Of a DNA stretch of 64,000 nt, positions 15,313 through 28,164 are shown piece by piece; positions within the stretch are counted from its first letter, which is position 1; every line of letters starts with the position of its first letter. Both the position numbers and the translations under genes were made by a program. The notes under the pieces were generated by a model, which worked only from the letters and a program-made list of their open reading frames with translations, was not told the DNA's origin and made no database searches. Source of the stretch: Eledone cirrhosa (taxonomy: Eukaryota); NCBI GenBank assembly GCA_964016885.1, contig OZ024749.1:31062001-31126000 (forward strand). Reading direction: 5' to 3'.

Positions 15313-15371
<59 letters not shown>

Positions 15372-15372
<1 letters not shown>

Positions 15373-15827
15373 ATTATTTCTTTCAATGTAAAGGGTGTCA
15401 TGAATGATACAAGATCAAACATATGTCTTGTCTCTAAAAACAGGTCAAGATAGAATTCAGAGAATAAAATAGAGCCTTAATCATTGTACGAAATTAATTG
15501 AAATTTATTCATACACAGATAAGTGTGCACTAAGACATATCAAAACATAGAACTAGAGACAATCCAGACTGAAAGTAAGACTACATAATTCGTTGAGTAT
15601 CTTATTAAACTTAATAAAACGTTTTAAACCAAAATACCTTATAACAATCAAATATATGTGATCGTTATCAGGTATTTTGGTTTAACATTTTTTATTAAAT
15701 TTAATAAGATACTCAACGAATTATGTAGTCTTACTTTCAGTGTGGATTGTCTCTAGTTCTATGTTTTGATATGTCTTAGTGCACACTTATCTGTGTATGA
15801 ATATATTTCAATCATTTTCGTATAATC

Positions 15828-15829
<2 letters not shown>
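15372..15829. mobile_element. Long inverted repeat with one-sided tail (family P3)
   Basis: Arms of about 165 bp spanning 15487-15822, centre near 15655; unique tail of about 115 bp on the left; microsatellite flanks. Confidence 0.75.
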
Positions 15830-15918
<89 letters not shown>

Positions 15919-16070
15919 GATGTGAATGTGTGAATTTAAACAAATTTAGTCTGGAAACTCAACTGATAGTGAGCAAAATACGAGTACCAAATCAGCAATG
16001 GTATAACAGCTAGTTGTTTTGCTGCAATCAGAAAATTTCATTATTCTCTCAACACCACCGATGTGTGCAT

Positions 16071-16127
<57 letters not shown>

Positions 16128-16133
16128 TATGCG

Positions 16134-16183
<50 letters not shown>

Positions 16184-16261
16184 CATATATATGCGTGAAT
16201 ATATATATATATATATATATTCACGCATATATATGTATGTATATGTATATATATATGTATG

Positions 16262-16311
<50 letters not shown>

Positions 16312-16372
16312 TATGTATATATATATATATGTATATATATATGTATATATATATGTGTGTGTGTATGTATGA

Positions 16373-16429
<57 letters not shown>

Positions 16430-16930
16430 TACCCACATACATACATGTGTAATAGTGTGCGAATGTCAGCGTGGTTTATCTTGTATATAAAGAAGAAACT
16501 TGCATTTCACAACACATTCACACACACACGCACACACACAGAGAGACACACACACATACATACCCACAAACACGCGTAAAATTCAACAACTTACAAAAAC
16601 AAACAAACAAACACATAAATAAATAAATAAACTATGCACTGCTTCACAAATGAACGCTGGTATAAAAATTAGTTTACAAATGTAATCTGAATAGACTCTA
16701 TATTTGCCTAACCAAGAAGTTTGTTATTCGAAACTAATCCAATATTATTGGTGTAAAAAAATACGAAAAAAATATAAGAAAATGGAAGACAAGCAATACT
16801 GCCATCAGACAATGAGAAATGTGTTTGTTGCCGTACTTAACTAACCCCTGCTATATTTTCTACTGCCATTTACAACTTATGTGTTCAGATAAATGCTGTT
16901 AGATAATGTCTATTATTATTATTACATATA

Positions 16931-17027
16931 TAACTTTGCCTTTCATCCTTACGGGGTCGATAAAATAAAGTACCAGTAATACACTGGTATAATTGTTAGT
17001 CTTGTGCCAAAAGTAGAAACAATTATT
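16931..17027 (+). mobile_element. SINE family A, 3' half
   Basis: Core and tail; an inverted tail fragment follows at 17081-17115. Confidence 0.85.
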
Positions 17028-17034
17028 TTATTAT

Positions 17035-17081
<47 letters not shown>

Positions 17082-17166
17082 ATAATTGTCTCTACTTTAG
17101 GCACAAGGCCAGCAACACACAAATATGATATATATATATATCATATGTGTGTATATATATGTGTGT

Positions 17167-17262
<96 letters not shown>

Positions 17263-17352
17263 TATCATATGTATCTATATATATCTGTGTGTGTGGTGTA
17301 TATATATATATACATATATATAAATTGCAAATTTGACTGTCACCACATATTA

Positions 17353-17391
17353 TGAACCTGAAGATTGCGAAAGCATGAAAGTACTTGTTCA
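17353..17391 (+). ncRNA. Minimal type I hammerhead ribozyme
   Basis: tgaac CTGAAGA t-tgc-gaaa-gca-t GAAA g-ta-c TT gttca: helix I 5 bp, helix II 3 bp with GNRA loop, palindromic helix III AGTACT, CUU cleavage triplet. Confidence 0.7.
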
Positions 17392-17750
17392 ATTAACACT
17401 TAGAATTTAATATTCTATCATACTATTTCATTATAATACCATTATAAATTATAAAGGATTGTAAATAAAACGAGTAAATCAGACAAAGTTGGAATTCCTC
17501 TTATTAATATAATCTTCTATACACAATCATACACACCCGTGTATATTTATCTATCTCTCTCTCTATATATGTATATATATATATATATATATATGTATAT
17601 ACATATTTTTTCTTTCCAAAGAAAATTTACAGATTTCTTAAACGTCCACTAACTGATTCCTTTTTGTCTTCTTTGGTGTGTATGGTTGCTTTATCTCTCT
17701 CACTTTCACTTTCTCTCATCCTCACTCTTTCTGTTTCTCTCTCTCTCCCA

Positions 17751-17789
<39 letters not shown>

Positions 17790-17920
17790 CCTCTCAGTCT
17801 CTCTCTTTCTCTCTCTCTATAGACTATGTGCTTCAGTGAATATCTGGTGGCGGTACCAATATGATGTACAAGCAGAGTGTGTATATATATGTATATATGC
17901 ATACATATATGTATATATAC

Positions 17921-17959
<39 letters not shown>

Positions 17960-18111
17960 GAGAGGGAGACAGTGAGAGACACAGAGATGGGGGGGGGGGG
18001 GGGGAGAAAGGCTTGCGTCTTTATACATGTCGTTGAGCGCTTTATTTTAACTGCTGCGTAGGCGACCGACTAAAATGTGGTTTCCACACCCTTGGTCGGT
18101 TTGCCCCATAC

Positions 18112-18283
18112 AACTGGTTCTTCTTTTGGCACAAGGCCAGCAATTTACTAGTACATTACTGGTACTTTATTTCATCGACACCGTAAGGATGAGAGGCAAA
18201 GTTAACCTCGGAGGGATTTGAACTCAGTCCGTAAAGGAACGTAACTGTACTGGAAATCATGGCGTCCGACCCTCTACTGATAT
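18112..18283 (-). mobile_element. SINE family A
   Basis: B box, core and tail. Confidence 0.85.
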
Positions 18284-18300
18284 ATATATATATATATATA

Positions 18301-18936
18301 TAATTAAGTTAAAAATGTACATCTACATATGCATACTGAAATACTAGTGTGTATATGAATACACACACGTATACATATGTAGGTGTAACAAGTCTTTCAC
18401 TGGTTGCTTTACTGTGAGCAGCCCATCTATTCTGTATGTAAACACACAGACAAACCGGTTTTTAGAGTCATACTGGTTTTCGGGGGAACACCTCCCCTCT
18501 ATTCTCCAGAAAGCCAGACAAGGAATATTGAACTAGTTTCGTTGTTGTTACAACTCATCAGCAATATTTACCTATCTACCGGCCCTTCTGGAGAATTGTA
18601 AAAGCACATATCGTTATATGCTTTTTCTATGAAAATTAGTAGTGGGCAGACTAATTTGCATAGAGTGTGAGTACGCACCGGTTCAGCAGAGACGATAAAA
18701 ACAAATAACGAAACGAAATTAAATTTCGTTTCGTTTGTAACTCACTTTTTTATGACTGACGCTTAAACAATCAACCAGTGAAAGACTTGTTACACCTACA
18801 TATGTATACGTGTGTGTATTCATATACACACTAGTATTTCAGTATGCATATGTAGATGTACATTTTTAACTTAATTGTTTAAGCGTCAGTCATAAAAAAG
18901 TGAGTTACAAACGAAACGAAATTTAATTTCGTTTCG

Positions 18937-18945
<9 letters not shown>
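18301..18945 (-). mobile_element. Non-autonomous PLE/retrozyme-like element (family P4)
   Basis: 18301-18406 is inverted at 18772-18876 and 18695-18771 is inverted at 18873-18945; internal hammerhead; (TA)n on both sides; no ORF of note. Confidence 0.75.
18524..18568 (-). ncRNA. Minimal type I hammerhead ribozyme
   Basis: Minus strand: aatattg CTGATGA gttgt-aaca-acaac GAAA c-ta-g TT caatatt; helix I 7 bp, helix II 5 bp, palindromic helix III ACTAGT, GUU triplet. Confidence 0.88.
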
Positions 18946-19007
<62 letters not shown>

Positions 19008-19443
19008 AAGAGTGATAGAGTGAGAGTGCGTGTGTGTGAGTCTGTGCTGTGTGTGTGTGTATGTGATTCAGTGAAAATATCTGATGGTGGTCCCTATATT
19101 AGAACTCGATACACAGGCTATATGTACATATAATACATACTCCCCACAATGACTCTTTACTACAATTCACTCAGTCAGTTGGACTTTTTTATTTCAATGT
19201 CTCTATATATGAAGTAACCATCATCTGATTACGAAATAAACTATTGGTTCTCACAAAAATTACTGTGATACTTTTGAAAGTTCCAGGCATGCCATGTCAC
19301 ATATTTAGTCATACTTCTTTGACGACACATATATTTAACCAAATGGTGGTCTCATGAATATGAATGAATATGTGTATATAGTAGGACGAATCCCGATTAT
19401 TTTTTACAAGTCCTGTAGATGTCATGTGTGTAATGGAATAAAG

Positions 19444-19622
<179 letters not shown>

Positions 19623-20026
19623 AGCCGGTATGTATATTTATATACGTATATACATCTGTGCATATATCAATATCTATATGAGCAAGACTCTCTAACCTTT
19701 AGGTAATCAGCGATAAGTGACGCGCAAAGAGAAACAGATTATTTTCTATATATAAATCAACACCTGTCATATCGATTTACGAGGGATATGGAAGAGAGAA
19801 TGCAAATCCTATCCTTAAAAACTCATGAAATAATAATAGAAAACTTTCGACAGAAATTAGTATCAAGCTAGTCAAGCCAGCCAAGCTACTTGCAAGTGAA
19901 TCGTGAATAAGAGATTGTCACCACCAGCTGATAGTTATCGCATTTATACTTATGCAACCGAGGATAAATCTGAGAGGATTATAGATTTACATCTATATAT
20001 ATATTTATATTTGTGTGTGTGCATGC

Positions 20027-20313
<287 letters not shown>

Positions 20314-20371
20314 ATATATATATTTATATATATACATATATATATATGCTTGCATGTATGCATGTGTGTGA

Positions 20372-20458
<87 letters not shown>

Positions 20459-20640
20459 GCATGTAAAACGACAAAGCGAAAGGGAGAGAATGGTAATTAT
20501 ATATAGAACCTGATATATAAATAATTAAAGCTTATTTCGAACAGACTCAATGGACTGTTCTGTTCCCATTTGTCTTTTTACACTGCAGTAGATTTATAAT
20601 ATATAACGTTTGATGTAACATATCACACATACAAACACAC

Positions 20641-20852
<212 letters not shown>

Positions 20853-20882
20853 AGATCAAAAGATGGTTAAAGGAGTTCAATA

Positions 20883-20953
20883 TATTTTATTATGCGCATT
20901 TCAAAAACAAACATCATCAAACAATAATATTTGTGTTTTCATCAGATAAAACA
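20883..20953 (-). ncRNA. Type I hammerhead ribozyme in the PLE pseudo-LTR
   Basis: Minus strand: tgttttat CTGATGA aaacacaaatattattg..tgatgatgtttgttttt GAAA t-gcgc-a TA ataaaata; long helix II, palindromic TGCGCA, AUA triplet. Confidence 0.88.
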
Positions 20954-21059
20954 GGAGAACATGATATGAAGGCTAAAAAAAAACACTTGTTGATAGTGCA
21001 GTTTTAAATCAACATATGAAAAGTGGTTTTAGATTGATGTGTGATATTGGGAAAAATAT

Positions 21060-21913
21060 TTTATTTAGAGAGGGGGGGGGAGAAAAGGATGAAAAGGGAA
21101 GGAGATGAGAGGGAGAGATGGGTGATAGAGAGAAAGAGATAGTTTTTATAACAGAGAGGAGATATATTTTATATAGAGGGGTTGAAAACCGTTGGAAGAT
21201 ACTGTATAAATTAAAAATTTTGAAAATTAACGAAGGGAGGATATGTGCGAGGAAAAAATATATTATATTTAGGGAGGGGTGGGGGTGGAAAGGATGAAAA
21301 AAAGGGGAGGAGATGAGAGTGAAGGTGGAAAGGGAGAGATGGGTGATAGAGAGAAAGAGATAGTTTTTATAACTGAGAAAAAGATATAATGTTTTAATAT
21401 AGAGAGGTTGGGAACCGTTGGAAGATAATGTATAAATTAAAGGAATTTGAAAATTAACGAAGGGAAATTATGTATGGAGATAGAGAGAAAAAAATAACGA
21501 AGGGAGATTATGTATGGAGATAGAGAGAAAAAAAAAAAAAATAATAATTGTGGGTGAATATTCAAAAGGAGAAATGTAGGAATTTTAAAATTAGCAAAGA
21601 GAAAAAGTTTATGTATAGGATTTGAGAAAAATAATGTGAAGTTAGAGTTTTTATATTGAATTCATATGTATTAATAATGAGTTCGTTGATGGGGAGAAAA
21701 AAATAATAATAAATTAAGGATGAAATTGAGATTAAAAAGATTTATGATAGAGAGAAAAAATAATAATGATTGCGGATGAATACTCAAAATGTCAAAAACA
21801 AATGTTATTGTTTTACGAGGAGATATAATGAGGGTGATGAGTAAACGGGTATTATAGAGTGTATAATGCCCTTTAAAGTAAGGTAGATGGGTATATTTTA
21901 AAGAATATATGAG

Positions 21914-21954
<41 letters not shown>

Positions 21955-22160
21955 TATAATAATAAATTAAGGATGAAATTGAGATTAAAAAGATTTATGA
22001 TAGAGGGAAAAAAAAAATAATAATGATTGCGGATGAATATTCAAAATGTCAAAAACAAATGTTATTGTTTTACGAGAAGATAGGATGAGGTAAATGAGTA
22101 AACGAGTACTATAGAGTGTATAATGCCCTTTAAAGTAAGGTAGATGGGTATATTTTAAAG
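21060..22160. repeat. Internal tandem duplications in the PLE 3' UTR
   Basis: About 21062-21240 resembles 21265-21465, and about 21705-21905 resembles 21955-22160. Confidence 0.8.
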
Positions 22161-22216
22161 AGGTGTATGTATATGTGCCTTTGAGAAAAGATTCTAAATT
22201 GATAAAGAATTGAATA

Positions 22217-22491
22217 TTAACTGTATACTTTGTGAAAAGTTCTATGGAATTTATGCAGGCAGATGGAAAACAAATCCGAGCGTCTATTTATTATGGATTC
22301 TAGGTTAGAGATAATGGTAAATTTTTCATTTAGGCAGAGATTACAGATTTTAGATAGAGAACTGTTCAAGTACGAGGATGCAGAAGAAATCTTTTTCCAA
22401 AAGATGTTATATTTAATGTTTTTGTCTTTTAAGGACCATATGAGTTCTGAGAGAGCAGTGTTAGTTCTTTTAAGTTTGTATTTGAAAGATA
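22217..22491 (-). pseudogene. C-terminal part of a PLE GIY-YIG endonuclease domain
   Basis: SFKYKLKRTNTALSELIWSLKDKNIKYNIFWKKISSASSY..KICNLCLNEKFTII..INRRSDLFSICLHK fits the T.LS..IW.LK / C.LCL.EK / N.RS....C.H pattern of PLE endonuclease ends; the first 13 codons of the listed ORF come from the inverted pLTR. Confidence 0.8.
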
Positions 22492-22595
22492 CATCTTTTG
22501 ATCTTATATTATGCATACTCCAGTCCCACAAACTGTAGAGTGCTTCTTATCCGATATCTGCATTGCTTTATTGTACTACAATAAAACTCACCTCC

Positions 22596-22636
<41 letters not shown>

Positions 22637-23171
22637 GCATATACATATACATATACACACACACAGGCACACACACACATATATATGTATATATATATAT
22701 ACATATATAGAGAGAATAAAAGATAGATAGAGAGAAAGAGGGGGGAAGATATGGAGATTCATATATATATATATATATATATATAGTCACTCCTTGAATT
22801 ATTAACATTGAACTAAAACCTGGTGAGAAAGTGGCTTCCTTGTTCAATCATCTTACCAGAAGCCTAACATTATTTATGTAAGCGGAGAGTACTTGATTTA
22901 GGAGCCGCAGATCCCAAATACTGGATTTTACCAACCTTCCAGGGGTCCGGGTAAATTTTCAATCACAGATATTTTTTATTTGTTTGACCTGAATCACTTG
23001 ATCGTTATTTTGGCTATGCGAATGTTTGTTTAACCATCGTCTCAGTGTTTTTGGTCTTTGACGTTTGTTATAGCTCTGGTTCATCTGAATCATTGAGCAC
23101 TTGCCACACATCTCGGGGGTTGTTTTTAGTTATTTCGTGGGCGAAATGCGATTCTCGATAATTTATGTTTG

Positions 23172-23211
<40 letters not shown>

Positions 23212-23389
23212 GATACATATATATATATATATACATGATGATAATCATGATAATGATGGTGGTTTATGATATAAGCACAAAATATAGCTTGCGGTGGAGT
23301 AACAACCCAATGCAGTATTATCATCTTTAAAATAGTCTTACATTCTAAGTTGCGTTCCACTCTGTATTGAGTTAAAATTATGTTACTAG

Positions 23390-23798
23390 GCCGAAGTCGT
23401 ATGAGTGTCGCTGCTTAAGTTCGGTTATCTTGGCGTTTAACGACTGTGTGTACAAGACTCTCACTAAAGAGGACGCAGGTTTAACTCCCCAGCTACTGCT
23501 GGTATTCATCTCTGTTGTGTGTACTGGAGCAACATGAAATAATTGTTTCTACTTTTGGCACAAGGCCATTATTGGTACTTTATTTTATCAAGTACATTAT
23601 TGGTACTTTATTTTATCGACCCCGTAATGATGAAAGGCAAAGTTAACCTCGGCAGGATTTGAACTGAGACCGCAAAAGGACGCAACGTGAAATAATGTGT
23701 GTCGCACAGGAACATAACTCATATCCTGGTTCAAGAATCGAATCGACGATATTACGATCATGTGTCAAGCGTCCTAACATTTAGAATCTGCGCCTTAA
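23390..23798 (-). mobile_element. CORE-type tRNA SINE interrupted by a family A SINE
   Basis: Minus strand matches 42808-42929 (GATTCGATTCTTGAACC..ATTTCACGTTGC|TCCAGT). Confidence 0.65.
23538..23681 (-). mobile_element. SINE family A, truncated, nested insertion with TSD
   Basis: TSD GCAACRTGAAATAAT at 23529-23543 and 23682-23696; internal duplication of CATTATTGGTACTTTATTTTATC. Confidence 0.85.
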
Positions 23799-24071
23799 CA
23801 CACTTCATTGAGAAACAATGATAAATAATCTTTCAGAGGCCAACAAATGATAGGTTTCCCTGACGACTTAACTCCGGTTTTGATTGAGTTTAAGTGACAG
23901 AAATTCTAAACCTCTCAACTCTATCACGCATATATCACCTTACTCTTCAACTTCTTCATGAGGTACACAATTTCCATCGAGTAGAAAAAAATAGTAGTTT
24001 AAGTGAAAAGTTTTGCTCAAGCACATACTTTGCTTCCGAGGCCAGATATCAAACCCATGACATTTATTATT

Positions 24072-24620
24072 AACTAGCAGAAGTACCAGGCGTTGCCTGA
24101 GTAGGTAAAATAATATATGCTTTGATGAAAAGGTGTTGATCTTAGCGACTGCTTCTCGATGACTCATCTATGGCCACACAGGCCTTGCTGGTGAGGGTGG
24201 TGATGACCTCTATCACTGAGAAACGCTAATGATAGGTCGCCGACCCTGAACAAAAAAGGCAAAGTGTAAAGCTACTATAAGATGTGCAATGATAGGTTCT
24301 ATCGTAGTATAAAAGTTGAACCAAATAAATTGATTCGTGTGTGAGGTGGAACCGAAGTTTCGAATTTGAACGAAATCGGTTGAAAAATGTGGGAGCTAGA
24401 GCCGAAAAGGCGGAAATTTGAGCGAAAAGGTGGCATTTTCGAATATTTAAGCGGCTGCCATGCCGTTCCTGAACAAAATCTCCAAAATGTAAAGCCACAA
24501 CAAGACGTGAAATAATCAGATCTAAAGTAAGTTGATTAATGTGGGAGCTAGATCCGATAAAGTGGAAAATTGACTCTAAAAGTGGTATTTTTGAATATTT
24601 AAGCGCAATTTCAACATAAT
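24072..24620 (+). mobile_element. Probable non-autonomous Helitron/Helentron (HINE-like) fragment
   Basis: Starts AACTAGCAGAAGTACCAGGCGTTGCCTGAGT (ACTAG plus short hairpin); contains AATTTGAACGAAATCGGTTGAAAAATGTGGGAG and an internal diverged duplication (about 24245-24455 vs 24465-24610). Confidence 0.5.
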
Positions 24621-25299
24621 TAAATTCGGACAGATTTGATAAACCGAACACAGTATTTCACTGATATTTTAAATGCCAAGATGAATTTGGCCGAATTTAA
24701 ACTTAAACATGAAGGGGAAGAGCAAATACTGCAAAATAGTATTTTAACCCGGCCTACTCCCAATTCTACCAATAGACATCCTTCCCCTACCCACGACATT
24801 ATCCTTCTTCTTCTTCTTCTTCTTCTTCTTCTTCTTCTTGTTTTCGCACACATACTCCTGAGACATTCGTGGGCGCAAGAAATGAGAAGTAAATTGTGAA
24901 CAATTTTGTTTGGAATGAAATAATGAATAATTTAAGCTAAACTAACCAGGTTTTCCTTACCGCCTGGCTGAATTCTATGATTTGGTACCTTTCAGTAAAT
25001 CTAGTTTAGCTGTACTGTCTTAAGTAGGAAACAATTGAAGTATAGGTTTTTGAATTTACTGACGTAAACAAAGGTTTGTTGTAAACTGAGATAATGAATC
25101 CGGGGCGAAATAAATGAAGGTTTAAGTTACGGGAGGAGGTGAAATGCGATAAAGTATAAAGAACCACATTGTGACCTGTGTGTAATAGGTATATACACAT
25201 GCATACTTTATGGATACAACACTCCCACCAGCACATATATGTAGATACATTCAAATATACACACACATATACTCGCAATCTTATAAAAATTAAACGATA

Positions 25300-25342
<43 letters not shown>

Positions 25343-25346
<4 letters not shown>

Positions 25347-25426
25347 AGATTTGAATGGATACAGTTTAGTTGAAAGGAATTTATTGACACGTGTTTCTAT
25401 AACAGTTACATAACCTAAAACAGCTG

Positions 25427-25488
<62 letters not shown>

Positions 25489-25576
25489 ATATGTAAGATT
25501 TGAATGGATACAGTTTAGTTGAAAGGAATTTATTGACACGTGTTTCTATAACAGTTACATAACCTAAAACAGCTGC

Positions 25577-25578
<2 letters not shown>
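25343..25578. repeat. Two direct copies of an approx. 84-bp segment separated by (TA)n
   Basis: AAGATTTGAATGGATACAGTTTAG..CCTAAAACAGCTGC at about 25346 and 25495. Confidence 0.9.
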
Positions 25579-25609
<31 letters not shown>

Positions 25610-25740
25610 GTGTGTGTATATATACAGAGTACCATCGGTATTTGTGGTCCCAGTTATAAATGGACTTTTCTTTAGACACTTAACTAATAGTTGTTCGTGA
25701 AAATTACAGCATATTCGCGGAATCAAAATTACCTTCCGTG

Positions 25741-25785
<45 letters not shown>

Positions 25786-25850
25786 AGCGAACTTTCAACC
25801 GTCATGGTTGTTTTTCCACGGTTATGTCAATATTTATAAAACAGATCTTG

Positions 25851-25915
25851 TATTGTATCTGATGAAAGCGCACCAAGTCTGCCTTGGTAGCCCTTGAAAT
25901 ATATATAATAAAATA
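25851..25915 (+). ncRNA. Type I hammerhead ribozyme in a 175-bp insert between (TA)n tracts
   Basis: tattgtat CTGATGA aagcgcaccaag-tctgc-cttggtagccctt GAAA t-atat-a TA ataaaata; helix I 7/8 bp, helix II accaag/cttggt core, palindromic helix III, AUA triplet. Confidence 0.8.
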
Positions 25916-25953
25916 ATTATGGTTTTATAAACATAGTTTCCATTTATTAATAT

Positions 25954-25991
<38 letters not shown>

Positions 25992-26204
25992 ACTCTTTTT
26001 GAATAACACAAAACTGGATTTATTCTAATTTTTCAAATTAGTGCAAATACAAAGGTATGGATAATATACTGTTTTTTTTCTTCTGTGTATTCAATATTAA
26101 AGGTACACCACACAGGGGGCAGTTTTACTACCAGCAGATATACAGATTGTCAGACATACAGAGGCGTCCACCCATCAATTATTCCGTATATCGATATTCC
26201 TTCC

Positions 26205-26365
26205 TCGGACGCCATGCTTTCCAGCATAGTTACGTCCCTTTACGATCTGAGTTCAAATCCCGCCGAGGTTGACTTTGCCTTTCATCCTTACGGGGTCGAT
26301 AAAATAAAGTACCAGTAATGCACTGGGTAGTTGCTGGACTTGTGCCTAAAGTCGAAACAATTATT
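26205..26365 (+). mobile_element. SINE family A
   Basis: B box, core and tail. Confidence 0.9.
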
Positions 26366-26439
26366 TATAGCGAGTGACTGTTACAATTCTTATCTGCGTT
26401 CTACATATATTTTCCTTGAGTTTCAAACATGAATAAACA

Positions 26440-26690
26440 TAATAATCGTTTCTACTTTTGGTACAAGGCCAGCAACTACCCAGTGCATTACTGGTACTTT
26501 ATTTTATCGACCGTGTAAGGATGAAAGGCAAAGTCAACCTCGGCGGGATTTGAACTCAGATCGTAAAGGGGCGTAACTATGCTGGTACTTTATTTTATCG
26601 ACCCCGTAAGGAAGAAATGCAAAGTTAACCAAGGCGGTATTTGAACTCAAAGTATGGCGTCAGACCCTCTACTGATACTGCCAATCTACT
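26440..26690 (-). mobile_element. Chimeric/dimeric SINE family A
   Basis: Core plus B box present twice, joined at CTGG near 26582. Confidence 0.85.
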
Positions 26691-26717
26691 GCTATACTGA
26701 TACATCGTTCATTTTCA

Positions 26718-26765
<48 letters not shown>

Positions 26766-27663
26766 TTATTGATAGGCACGTGTGTGTACGTGTGCGCTCA
26801 TGTGCTTGTGTGTAATTGTGTGAAAAAACGAGAAAGTAGGCCTGACAAAGTATGTATGCCAGGGTGTAGGTGGAAGTCAGTTTGTACAAATGTTCGAAAT
26901 GGATTAGATTGAGGAGGCTAATAGAAAATGAATGCTGTGTGGACACTGCTCTTTGACAATTTCCTGACTAAAAACAATCTTGCCTTCCTTTCACCTCAAC
27001 ACCTTCACCTATTTCTAAACTCAACCACCAACCTCTGAAACGCTATTCGGACCTCATTCCTAATTTATACTTACACCTTCCTTTAACACATGGTCTCCCA
27101 TATTAACCCCAACACAACACCCTCTTTATTCCGATTAACCTCAGCACACTCCATCTAATGAAACTACCCTATCTTTACTTCCATTTCCAACAATTCAGAA
27201 TTTCATCAGTATTTATCTAACTGAACACCACCTTCATCTACAACGCTTCTTCCTTTCACACGCCTACAACCATCTACATAAACATTTTCTCCCCCCACCC
27301 CACATTTTCTATTCCTTTACCAACATCTCAACATCTCTCACTTACTCTCACTGACTTTGTAACATTAACAAACAAACAAATCGAAAAAGAGAAACGTGTG
27401 TTAGCGTTGAAGCGTAAAGACGCTGATTGGCGCTCAGATCAATCATTACGGTTCATTGATTTAGGAATCGGGTGACAGAGAGAATACTCTTCGTATGTCT
27501 GCTAGAAGTGTTCGACGATTGAAAGATAAATACAAAGTTTCTATAATATACAACATATATTTATATATGTATAACTTACCGTGTTGATATCTGTGTTATG
27601 CACTGAATTCATTCGATGACCAATAAACGTACGTTCCTTGAAGAATAATCTGAAATTGTTGCG

Positions 27664-27720
<57 letters not shown>

Positions 27721-27814
27721 GCATATATATATATATATGTGTGTGTGTGTATGTATATACACACATATATATATGCATGTATGTTTATATATATATGTAT
27801 ATATATATATTTAT

Positions 27815-28035
27815 TTATTTATAAATATATATAAATATTTATTTATTTATATATATATATATAAATATTTATTTATTTATATATATATATAAATATTTAT
27901 TTATTTATATATATATATAAATATTTATTTATTTATATATATATATAAATATTTATTTATTTATATATATATATAAATATTTATTTATTTATATATATAT
28001 ATAAATATTTATTTATTTATATATATATATAAATA

Positions 28036-28050
<15 letters not shown>
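27815..28050. repeat. Approx. 26-28-bp AT-only minisatellite
   Basis: ATATATATATATAAATATTTATTTATTT repeated. Confidence 0.85.
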
Positions 28051-28101
<51 letters not shown>

Positions 28102-28109
28102 TATCTATA

Positions 28110-28164
<55 letters not shown>

